Of a DNA stretch of 64,000 bases, positions 1 to 9,200 are shown in pieces (the stretch's first letter is position 1; every line of letters starts with the position of its first letter). Source of the DNA: Candidatus Latescibacterota bacterium. Lineage in GTDB: Bacteria > Latescibacterota > UBA2968 > UBA8231. The notes beneath the pieces were generated by a model. It searched no databases, was not told where the DNA came from, and saw nothing but the letters and a program-made list of their open reading frames with translations. The position numbers and the translations under genes were made by a program. The stretch covers positions 2,272,001 to 2,336,000 of the forward strand of contig OZ241867.1 of assembly GCA_965203175.1 (NCBI GenBank), given 5' to 3'.

Positions 1-254
1 AGCCGGACGCCCATGAAGCACAGAAATGCGCCGAGGTTGAAGCTGTGGGCGTACATGGCGGACTCTATCACTTCGACGAGCGGCTCGTTCTCGTCGCGTA
101 TCTGGTCGAGCTAGTCGTAGTGGACGTTGTCGCCCCAACGCCACTAGTCGGGAGACTTGCCGCCCTTGCCCTCGCGGTTGCGGCCCGTGTTGAAGAGCGG
201 GTCGGTGGCGATGAGGTCAACGGTCGATGAGTTCATGCCGCGCAAGACGGCGAG
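1..254 (-). pseudogene. Site-specific DNA methyltransferase (N4/N6 type) pseudogene, 5'-truncated, runs off the window
   Basis: Minus-strand frame reads LAVLRGMNSSTVDLIATDPLFNTG...D*WRW...D*LDQI...GAFLCFMGVR. Catalytic DPPF appears as DPLF; in-frame TAG stops at 144-146 and 111-113. Confidence 0.75.
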
Positions 255-1150
255 GAATACATCGGCCTTCTAGAAAGATATTCGGCGTCTAGAAAGGTCT
301 TAGCCCAATCCGACTCTTGACAACCAAGCAATTTTACAATCAGCCGCTTTAGCAAAATTCGCGTCCTTTCTGTCTCGTAGTATAAGACCTCGTTGCAAAT
401 GGTCTCTGCGCTGTGAATGAGCGCGTTGCGAAAATCTATAAAAGCCGGCCTGCTTCCAGCCTTATCTGAAGGATACAGATTTTTCCACTCAACATCATAT
501 TTATTAAGAAGGATTTCTAACACAGGCCATAGATGATACCCACTATTTTTATATTTATATTTTTCAGTCTCTTTCTCATTGTTCTTCGCATACATGTCCT
601 TTAGTTTTTCAAGAGCTAGAAAATAGAGTATAAATTTTTGTTCAGGGGGCTCTGTCCTCGCCGTTATCCAGTTGCCCAAAGGAATAGATAGGTCAAATTT
701 TTCTTTTCTACGATCTCGTAGAGCCTGCACAGCCTTTGCAAGAAATCCTTCTAAAAATTTCCCTCTTTCCCCGCAATCATGTCTGATTTCATCAGCGTAG
801 TCTCTTTCTGATGACCGGACATGATACACATGCTTATCTGAAGAATAAAACTCCCAAGAAAACCAATCAATCCAGCACCCAGCTACCATGGATGACACTC
901 GGAGTATATCATTCACAATCTCAATCGCTAGAGACTGGAACTCGTCGTCTGACCTTTCTTTGGGCGACTCATTAGTTTTGACAGTAATTGAAGGGTAGTA
1001 ATCTGATATTTCAAATCCATATCCATCGTCAGATACGTATTCTGGACTTACTCGGATATTAAGAAGGTTGCATATATCTATATTTAGAGGCCTATAAAAG
1101 TGGCGTGTTTCAATGACTTCTGTGCCTTTCTTCTCCATCTTCTCAAGCAA
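233..1150 (-). CDS. Low-GC hypothetical protein with C-terminal HEPN-like domain (ApeA-like)
   Basis: 305-aa ORF, AT-rich relative to flanks. KFILYFLALEKL helix and an RNALIH (Rx4H) motif. True start uncertain (see A8 slippery-site finding). Confidence 0.55.
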   Translation of the reverse strand: MLEKMEKKGTEVIETRHFYRPLNIDICNLLNIRVSPEYVSDDGYGFEISDYYPSITVKTNESPKERSDDEFQSLAIEIVNDILRVSSMVAGCWIDWFSWEFYSSDKHVYHVRSSERDYADEIRHDCGERGKFLEGFLAKAVQALRDRRKEKFDLSIPLGNWITARTEPPEQKFILYFLALEKLKDMYAKNNEKETEKYKYKNSGYHLWPVLEILLNKYDVEWKNLYPSDKAGSRPAFIDFRNALIHSAETICNEVLYYETERTRILLKRLIVKLLGCQESDWAKTFLDAEYLSRRPMYSSPSCAA

Positions 1151-1417
1151 GTCTGGGTCGAAATATGCGTCGCCGGGTTCTATTTTTTTTCTGAGAAGCC
1201 GTCTGAAAATTCTATTTTCATTTGATCCGTTTGAGTAGCAAGTGGATCATGGCAATCTGAATCAAGGCTTCACTATGGTGGGTCAATACCTCATAATCTC
1301 TCTCATGTCGGCGAAAATTCATCAACCACGCAAACGTACGCTCAACGACCCACCGGCGTGGTAAAACCTCAATGCCGTGCTAGGGATTGCGGATACACTG
1401 CGAGTAGATTGTCCACG

Positions 1418-1923
1418 CTACGGCCCTTCACCATTGGTTTCTTCTTCACCAGCTAGTGCGAGTACGCGACGCCGGATTCCATCCGACAGCCACATGCCGG
1501 TGCTTTCTAGCAAATCCACGTGAGGGGCAATGCGTTCGACCAAACCTTGCGATTTCGCTTCGATGAGGATTTTCAGCGTTCCCCACACATTGAGCTCGGC
1601 GGCCTGTGCGATACGCCGTGCCTGCCTGTCGTCCAGTAGAACGGTGCATTCAGGATGCTCTAACGCCAAAGCCAGTACGGCCAATTCTCCCACCCCTAAA
1701 TCCAGATTCAACCATTCGGGCGGAATGACGCGAGGGTCAACGATCTTGAGCCACTCGTAGCCTTGCGGATCGGGAACGTCGTATCCCCTTTGTCGTCCTT
1801 CCGACAATTCTTGCGCCACGGCTTGGGGGATCTGGACTTCATTGCACAGAATGGGCAGCCAACTTAGGGCGTCGATACGATGAAGATACAGCAGCGCAGA
1901 GTGTTGCTGATGAACTCAGACAT
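1418..1923 (-). pseudogene. DUF3368 PIN-like toxin, frameshifted near the 5' end
   Basis: ATG at 1923 gives MSEFISNT and then goes out of frame. The second frame continues SALLYLHRIDAL...LGVGELAVLALA...LLDDRQARRIA. The span is 506 nt, one base short of an intact gene. Confidence 0.8.
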
Positions 1924-2167
1924 GCTCGCGTTCTAGATCATTCAACTCCGTCTCAAGTGGAAAGACCTTGTAGCGATCAAGCGTCAACAGAAATTCCACG
2001 CGTGCCATCCCGGCAAGCTCCGCAGCCCGGCCAGACGAAAGACGGCCAAGTTCGTAGAGCTTGACTGCGGCTAGCATACGGAGTTCACGTGCAAAAGCGC
2101 GCTCGTCGGTCTTCTCGGCTAGCAGTACGCTCTCTGGAACATCGATTGCGATTTTCCGCGTAGTCAT
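1916..2167 (-). CDS. UPF0175 family antitoxin
   Basis: 83 aa with AVKLYELGRLSSGRAAELAGMARVEFL signature; SD AAGGGG; upstream of the DUF3368 gene. Confidence 0.85.
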   Translation of the reverse strand: MTTRKIAIDVPESVLLAEKTDERAFARELRMLAAVKLYELGRLSSGRAAELAGMARVEFLLTLDRYKVFPLETELNDLEREHV

Positions 2168-2239
2168 TTCCCCTTGCTCCTTCGATCAACGGAGGCGAAC
2201 TGAGTCCACTTCATATATAACTGACGTTACGCGGCGACC

Positions 2240-3124
2240 CTACTCGTCGGCGTCTAACAGGTTGCTAAAGGCTTCGAGGCTGGGCACCTGTATAGCCGCC
2301 CGAAACAACTGCTTGAGGCGCTGCACATCTTCAATGGCTCCAATGCGAGCGGCCAACGGATCCGACGCGGCTAGCCCAAAGCGAATCTCTAACACGTCGA
2401 GCAGATATTCAACGGCGCGTTCTCTGCTGCCTTGCTCAATACCCTGCTCAAGGGCCTTTTCCGTGAAATACTGCACTACCGACGATTCGTACATGGTCTC
2501 CTCCGCGATGATGGTCATAATCGTTTCTAAGTTATACACCAACCCGCTCAAAATCGCAAGATCGGCCAAGTAATTCGCCTTGAGGGTTTCGTCCATAGGT
2601 ACTGCTTGCGCCCGGTTTACGCACTGGCGCAACCACTCCTCGGCCTCCACACCCGCTGGCTGCTGCATCAACGGTGCAAACGGAATCAAGCCCGAATGCC
2701 CTGCGTCGAGCATGCGTTGGCCGTCTAGTTCACTCAGCCGAATCACTTGGTATTGCACCAAGACGCGGAAGCCGGGCCGCTCTTGAAGATAGTACCCTAG
2801 ATCAGTTCGGCCGGCATCGGGACGCAGATAGATGACGCTGGAGTAGGTCGGCAGGCCGTAGCGCTCGATAAGGCGGCCGATGTAGCCGGCCATGCGCCGT
2901 GGCATGGCCGGATCGGTGCTATCGGTGGTTTGAAATTCGTGATGCACCAACGCCTCCTCGCTGTCGACGCGCACGCGGAGGAGGCTATCGGTGCGGCGGA
3001 CCGTAGGTTGCTCGGTATCGAGTACTTCGACGACTTCGATATCGTCACGCTGAAGGGCGAAGCGGGCGAAATCGGTGGGGTAGGTGTGGATGAGATGTTT
3101 GGCGATGGTATCGAATTCGGCCAT
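2240..3124 (-). CDS. Rpn/YhgA-like recombination-promoting nuclease (putative transposase family)
   Basis: MAEFDTIAKHL...RRTDSLL...HHEFQT...MPRRMAGY PD-(D/E)XK-like core; C-terminal EQGIEQG...LEIRFG helical domain. Confidence 0.8.
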   Translation of the reverse strand: MAEFDTIAKHLIHTYPTDFARFALQRDDIEVVEVLDTEQPTVRRTDSLLRVRVDSEEALVHHEFQTTDSTDPAMPRRMAGYIGRLIERYGLPTYSSVIYLRPDAGRTDLGYYLQERPGFRVLVQYQVIRLSELDGQRMLDAGHSGLIPFAPLMQQPAGVEAEEWLRQCVNRAQAVPMDETLKANYLADLAILSGLVYNLETIMTIIAEETMYESSVVQYFTEKALEQGIEQGSRERAVEYLLDVLEIRFGLAASDPLAARIGAIEDVQRLKQLFRAAIQVPSLEAFSNLLDADE

Positions 3125-3324
3125 AAGCCCTGCCTTGAGTTGCGGGTGAGGTGGTATCCGCAACGGGCAAGAATCGTGCCACGGCGATGGCTCAGAGGGG
3201 CGGAGGGGATATGAGGCGTTGGAGTGTAGCGGAAAGGATACAGGGATGGAAAGTTGGGGACAAAAACTGCGTAACGTCAGTATATAACTAGCGCTTATTT
3301 ATGAGATAGCGTTCTAGTAACTCC

Positions 3325-4056
3325 CTACTGAAACAACTGTACCGTCGGCTTAATCACCAAGAGGGGCACGCAGGCGTGGGGTGGTAGCGCGGCGACGAAA
3401 AGCGCGGCTTGGGCCAGTTCTTCGGGTTGCAGCATGGTGGCCCGGCGTTCGGCGCTGACGGGTTCGGGTCGCTGGTCCAGAATCGGCGTCTCTACTTCGC
3501 CGGGGCAAATCGCGCAGGCGCGGATGCCGAAATCGACCTCTTCCTCGTTGATCGAGTTCGTCAGAGCCACCGCTCCGTGCTTGGAGGCCGAGTACGCAGC
3601 ACCGCCTAGCTTGCTGGCCCGCAGACCGGCGATGGACGAAATGGTGATGATGAGGCCGTCGTTTTGTTGCCGCATTCCCGGCAGCACCGCCCGCACCATG
3701 TTGTACACTCCGGTAAGATTGATGGCAATGGTCTGGTCCCAGTCCTCGGGTGCCACGTCGCCGACCGCGCGCGGATTGGTGTTGATGCCAGCGTTGTTGA
3801 CTAGCACATCGACGGCACCCCACTCGGCCGCGACAGCGGACGCTAAGGCCTCGACAGCGCTGCGGTCGGATACGTCGCAGGAGTGGAGCATGATCCGATC
3901 GGCATTGAGACCGGCGGCCGCGGCGGCGAGCGGCTCGGGGCGTCGCCCGACGAACGCCACCCGCGCTCCTGCGTCGGCAAAACCGCGCGCTATGCCTGCG
4001 CCGATCCCCGTGCCCGCGCCGGTGACTATCACAACTTTATCGACGAATTGCCGCAT
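3325..4056 (-). CDS. SDR family oxidoreductase
   Basis: TGAGTGIG, NNAG and YSASK motifs; start overlaps upstream stop (TAATG). Confidence 0.9.
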   Translation of the reverse strand: MRQFVDKVVIVTGAGTGIGAGIARGFADAGARVAFVGRRPEPLAAAAAGLNADRIMLHSCDVSDRSAVEALASAVAAEWGAVDVLVNNAGINTNPRAVGDVAPEDWDQTIAINLTGVYNMVRAVLPGMRQQNDGLIITISSIAGLRASKLGGAAYSASKHGAVALTNSINEEEVDFGIRACAICPGEVETPILDQRPEPVSAERRATMLQPEELAQAALFVAALPPHACVPLLVIKPTVQLFQ

Positions 4057-5525
4057 TATTCCGCTTCCTTTTTGAGTGCCTGTAAGCGCGGGAATTCCTC
4101 GCGCTCCTTGTAAAACGAGTCGAGGGGAAAGCAACCGGAAATCATGCCGTTGCGCGGCGCGGTCGTGCAATCGGAAAACGTGCGGCAGATGACGCGGCGT
4201 TGCATTTGACCCGTTTGCAACACGTCACAGGGCAGGTCGGGATAGGACAGAACCATCCGCCCCAAGCCGATAAAATCTACCATGTCCGCCCGCACGAGGG
4301 CTTGACCCACATGCGGCAGATACTCCTGCAAGTAGGAATAACCCGACCCGACGAATAGGCTGCGCGGAAAGCGCGCCTTGAGCCGGGCGACCATCGCCAC
4401 TTGCCGCGCCACCCCGCACAGCGGGTCTTCCGGCGGCAGGTATCCATCGGAAGGGGGAAAGAGCGCCGGCCGCTGGATGTGCGGATTGTAATAAGGGCTG
4501 CCGCAGGACAAGTTAATCAGGTCCACGCCTAGGCTCTCCAACAAGGCGATGAACTGCTCGGCCTCACCTAAGTCCATTTGCCGAGGGTCGTCTTGGTCAA
4601 TTCCAAAGCCGTACTCGTAGGGCAGGCAGTTTTGGTACGGCTCGGGCACTCCATGCCCCGGCTTGCCGTTAATACTCGCGTCTGGGTCGGGCCGGAAGGG
4701 CACGAAGTCGAAGGCACTCAGCCGCACGCCAATGCCGAGCCCGGGTGCTCGGTTGCGGATCCCCTCGATGATGGAGCGGACAAAGCGCGTGCGATTGGCA
4801 AAGGAGCCGCCAAAGGGGCCGGGCCGCGTAAACGCGCTGAGGAATTCGTGCCCTAGGTAGCCGTGGCAATGCTTGATGTCCACGAAGTGATAACCCAGTT
4901 CATGGGCGATTTGCGCACCGATGACATAGCGGTTGATCAACTCTTCGATATAGGCGTCCGTCAAGAGCGGATAGTCTGCATCGAGGCCGAATTTGCGGTC
5001 CAAGATCGGGTGGTGATAGAGAATGGCCGGCGCGGATTGGTCCTTGCGCCAGGGACGGCAAAACCGCCCCGAATGCGTCAGTTGCAATCCGAGGAGCAGG
5101 TCGTCGGTGGTGCCGAACCGCTCGTCGTGCGCCGACAGGAGGATGTCGCGCAGTTCGGCCATGCCGGTGCGGTTTTCCTCTCGCGCCATGAGCTGGTTCG
5201 GGTTGGCACGGCCCTCGGGCACCACGGCAAATGCCTCTCCACCCCAGATGAGCTTGGCCCCGCTGCGCCCGAAATTTAGCCAGCGCCGACGCGTCAAATC
5301 GCCCGGCTGGCCATCTTCAGTCCCATCCCACCCTTCCATAGGCTGAATGGCAAAGCGATTGCCGATGCGATTGCCGCCGCTGTGGGCCGCTTGGGCCAGC
5401 GGGGAAGTGGGAGCGGTTTCGATTCGGTCGTCGCAGGGCAATTCCGCGCCCAAATGGGCCAGATGGGCGCGGAAGTCCGCGGCCTGCTTAAAGCTGGAGA
5501 TGCGCGGATAGCGCGTCTTGGCCAT
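4056..5525 (-). CDS. NADH:flavin oxidoreductase (Old Yellow Enzyme-like)
   Basis: QPMEGWDG, LQLTHSGR, DIKHCHGYLGHEFLS and GGSFANRTRF motifs; C-terminal CRTFSDC cysteine motif. Confidence 0.88.
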   Translation of the reverse strand: MAKTRYPRISSFKQAADFRAHLAHLGAELPCDDRIETAPTSPLAQAAHSGGNRIGNRFAIQPMEGWDGTEDGQPGDLTRRRWLNFGRSGAKLIWGGEAFAVVPEGRANPNQLMAREENRTGMAELRDILLSAHDERFGTTDDLLLGLQLTHSGRFCRPWRKDQSAPAILYHHPILDRKFGLDADYPLLTDAYIEELINRYVIGAQIAHELGYHFVDIKHCHGYLGHEFLSAFTRPGPFGGSFANRTRFVRSIIEGIRNRAPGLGIGVRLSAFDFVPFRPDPDASINGKPGHGVPEPYQNCLPYEYGFGIDQDDPRQMDLGEAEQFIALLESLGVDLINLSCGSPYYNPHIQRPALFPPSDGYLPPEDPLCGVARQVAMVARLKARFPRSLFVGSGYSYLQEYLPHVGQALVRADMVDFIGLGRMVLSYPDLPCDVLQTGQMQRRVICRTFSDCTTAPRNGMISGCFPLDSFYKEREEFPRLQALKKEAE

Positions 5526-6280
5526 TAAGGGGCCTCCCGCCAGCGTTGCAGATACAGCATCAGCCCCAAGCCAAAGACGATCATGGCGATGCTGAGAAAC
5601 TGGGCTTGGCTTAAGCCCCACAATACGCGCGGATTGAGCCGAATGAACTCCACTAAGAATCGCGCCAGCCCGGCGAGGATGAGATAGAAGCTAAACGACA
5701 GGCCCGGGGGCTTGAAGCGGGTGCGCATTTTCCACAGGAAGGCCGCAATTCCCAAGTGGGAGAGGGTTTCGTACACTGGCGCGGGATGGACCTTTTCGGT
5801 GGTCGGCACCACCCCGTCGGGATAGGCCATGCCCCAGGGAAGATCCGTCGGCACCCCGTAGTCGCCATCGCCGGCGAGTTGGCAGCCGATCCGCCCGACC
5901 CCGTAGCCCACGGCAAGGGCAATGCCCACCGCGTCGGCGACGTGGCCCAGCGGCGCATTGTGGCGGCGAATTTGCCACAGCACGCCGCCAGCGGCGACGA
6001 CAAACCCCCCGTACCAAGTCAAGCCGTAGCCGGAAAACAGCAGGTCGAACACCTCGTCCCAAGTCTCAGGCGACGTTTCAAATAGCACGAAGTAGAGCTT
6101 GGCCCCGACTATCCCGCCAACCATACAGGTGGTGACAATCGTCGAGCCCAGATCTTTGTGCAGCCCTTGGCGCTCGAATTCGCGGTTGAGCACGTACAGG
6201 GCCGCTAGGAAACCGAGGGCGACCATGAGGCCAAACGTGCCGACGTTAATGGGGCCGATCTCAAATAGGTAGGGGTACAT
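5525..6280 (-). CDS. lgt: Prolipoprotein diacylglyceryl transferase
   Basis: GLTWYGG, GRIGC..GDGDYG, HPAPVYE and RFLVEFIR motifs; multiple TM helices. Confidence 0.9.
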   Translation of the reverse strand: MYPYLFEIGPINVGTFGLMVALGFLAALYVLNREFERQGLHKDLGSTIVTTCMVGGIVGAKLYFVLFETSPETWDEVFDLLFSGYGLTWYGGFVVAAGGVLWQIRRHNAPLGHVADAVGIALAVGYGVGRIGCQLAGDGDYGVPTDLPWGMAYPDGVVPTTEKVHPAPVYETLSHLGIAAFLWKMRTRFKPPGLSFSFYLILAGLARFLVEFIRLNPRVLWGLSQAQFLSIAMIVFGLGLMLYLQRWREAP

Positions 6281-6282
6281 AA

Positions 6283-9200
6283 TCAGATATTTTTGCGGCC
6301 TAGAGCCTCGATCTGCCGCTTAAGAGCCGCGGCGATCTCGTAGTAGATCTCATAGGGACTCAACGCTGCGGCGGATTCCTTAAAAGAGGTGGTTTCTAAA
6401 GGAGGGCCAAAGAGCAGGCGCAAGGGGTGACGCGATGGCGTGCGCGTCCCCTTGGGCAAGGCCTCGTGGGTGCCGGCAATGTGCAGGGGCACTATGGGTG
6501 CATCTAGCTCATAGGCCAAAAGCCCTACGCCCGCCTTAAACGGCTGTAGCTGGCCATTGACTGAGCGCGTGCCTTCGGGAAAGACCAGCAGCGGGCAGCG
6601 CATCCCCACCAATTGTCTCGCCCGCACTAAGCCGGCGGCGAAGTTGTCGTGGCCGTCGAAGGGGATGGCATTGACAAAGGTGGACAAAAACCAGTGCAGC
6701 TCGGAGTCGGTAAGGTAATGCTCGCTGGTTGCGATATTGAGGTGATCGACATGGGAGTGCACGGCCGCGTACACGCAGGTACCGTCGAGGTGGCTGGCGT
6801 GATTGGCGGCAATCAGGTAGGGCCGATCTTGGGGCAAGTGCTCTAGGCCGCCAGCCCGGAAATCGAAAAAGCGGCGGAACAAAGGGCCGCCGGTCTCCCA
6901 CAGGAATTCTTGCAGCATATTTTTGCCAGCCTCGCTCTCTGGCTCGGCACTTGGCTCGGCGTGCAAGATGCTCGACCAGTACGCGGGCGATTGCTCCACC
7001 TCCCAGTCCACCCCGTCTTGCAAGTGAGCCTCCAGCCGCGCCAAGACGCTGCGGAGCGTGTCCTGTGGCTGCAAAAGTCCATCGACTTGGGTCCCCAGCC
7101 GCTGGCCGAGCCACGCGGCGAACTCCACTGCCATCAGCGAATCCAACAAGGTGTCGAGTGGTGCATCTATGTGAGCCGCTACCTCCTCGGTACTCAGCCC
7201 CGCAAGTAGGCCGATTTGGCGCTGGATCGCCCGCTCCCATTCCGGCAGAGCCGTACCCGGGCAGTCTTCGCGCTCGATGGCAGACGCTAAGGCACGGCGG
7301 TCCACGGTGCCGTCGTCCAGCCGCGGCAGCGGTCGGGTCCAAAAGTGCAGGCGCTGGATCCGGTGATGGCTGGGCAAGGTGTGCGAAATCTCGTACGAGC
7401 GCACTTGGATGGCCTCGCGCAAGTCCTTGGTCTGCTCGTCTTCGCGGTTGAGCACGGCCACGCCGTGCACTTCTTCGCCCCCAGTGCGAGCCGAAGGCAC
7501 GCCGACCACGCTCAGCTCAGCCACGTGCGGCAAGCCTTGGTAGAGCGATTCGACTTCGCGGGGATAGACGTTGTGGCCGGCCCCGTTGACAATCAGGTCT
7601 TTGCTCCGCCCCTCGACAAAGAGATAGCTGTCGTCGTCGAGACGGCCGAGGTCTCCGGTGTGTAGCCACTCGTCGCGCAACACCGCTTGGGTCAGTTCCT
7701 CTTGGGAGAAGTACCCCTCCATGACGTTGATACCTCGCACCAAGACTTCGCCGACGCCGCGCTCGTCCGGCTCAGCGATCTGCACTTGCTGTCCGGGCAG
7801 CACCTGCCCCACCGACTGGGTTTTGCGCTGCATGGGTGTGTTGACGGCCACGACGGAGGCCGCTTCGCTCAGGCCATAGCCTTGGCAAATCGCCACGCCG
7901 AGACGCTCATAGGCGCTGATGAGGTCGTCGGACAGGGCCGCGCCGACGCTGACGACTCGCCTCAGAGCGGCTAGCCCAGCCGTGGCCTCGGCCCCGAGGC
8001 GCTCGACGCGATCGGCCAAGACGCGCAACAGGCGCGGCGCGGTCAACAGTACAGTCGCATTCGTATCGCGCAGAGCGCGGAGCATCTCGCGACTGTTGAC
8101 GGATTCTAAATACGTGATGGTGGCCCCGCCGAGCAGCGGCAGCAGCAAGCCCCCGGTACATTCGAGGACTTGGTGCAGCGGCAGGGTCGAGAGCATGCGG
8201 TCGGATTCGTAGATGCGCAGCACCTCGCCTTGGGCGAGGACGTTGGAGATGAGGTTGCGATGGCTCAACACCACGCCGCGCGGCTCGAGGACTGAGGTAA
8301 AGATGATCGACGCTGTGGAGTCTGGATTGACTCTCGGTCGCTTCCAACGGCCTTTTTTGGCGGACGCGTCTGGCTCGGGAGCGTGCCCGAACGGCAGACC
8401 GTCGCGATCTACATTGAAAAAGGCCATTTCCTTGTGGGCTGCCACGCCCTCGGGCGAGAGTTGGGAAAAGCGCTTTTCCGCGGCAATCAGCGCCCGCGCT
8501 TGGACGAAGTCGCACAGCCTCCAAATGTCTTCGTCGCGCATCTGCGGGCCGATGGGCACGACGGCTAGCCCAAGCAGGTTGGCCGCCATATAGGCGACGA
8601 CCCACTCCGGCCCGTTGTCCCCACACAATAGGACCCGCGTCCCCGCCGACAAGCCCTGTGCTTGCCAACGGCGCGCCACGCGCTCGGCGTGGGTGAGCAA
8701 CTCGTCGTAGCTGATCCGCGTCCAGCCGGATTGGCGCTCGATTTGCAAGGCCGTCTTGGCAGCGTAGCGGCCGCAGGCCCAGCGCAACAGATCCGGGATT
8801 GTGCGGATGCTTTCCTCGATGCGCCAACGCTGCTCCTCGCCCCCCACTTCGCTCGGTGCCGCGCTCAACGGCTCTTGGTCGTCGTCGGACCCGCCTAGTT
8901 CGTGGCGCCGGAGGCCGGGTAGGTGGGTCTTTTGATAGTATTGATACCAGTCAATCCGCCGCACGTCCATGTTGAAGATCCGCTGCTCTTCGGGGGGCAG
9001 CGACTCGTAAAGGGCCAACATGCGCTTGGCTTCATAGCGGCAGTCGAGGGTCGTGTACGGGCTGAATAGGTCGATGAAGTACTGGACGCGCTTGAGTCGC
9101 GTCTTGAGTGCGGCCAAACGGCGCTTCTTCTGGGGCGGTGCCCAGCGCTCGGGTAGGCACTCGTAGAGCTTTTGCTTTATTTCCAGAGGATAGAGGTACT

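Noticed and set aside
45-230. 61-aa plus-strand ORF
   Set aside because: Antisense shadow of the methyltransferase pseudogene.
2240-3124. Rpn gene as an IS element
   Set aside because: No terminal inverted repeats or target duplication were seen; the family is not a demonstrated transposase.
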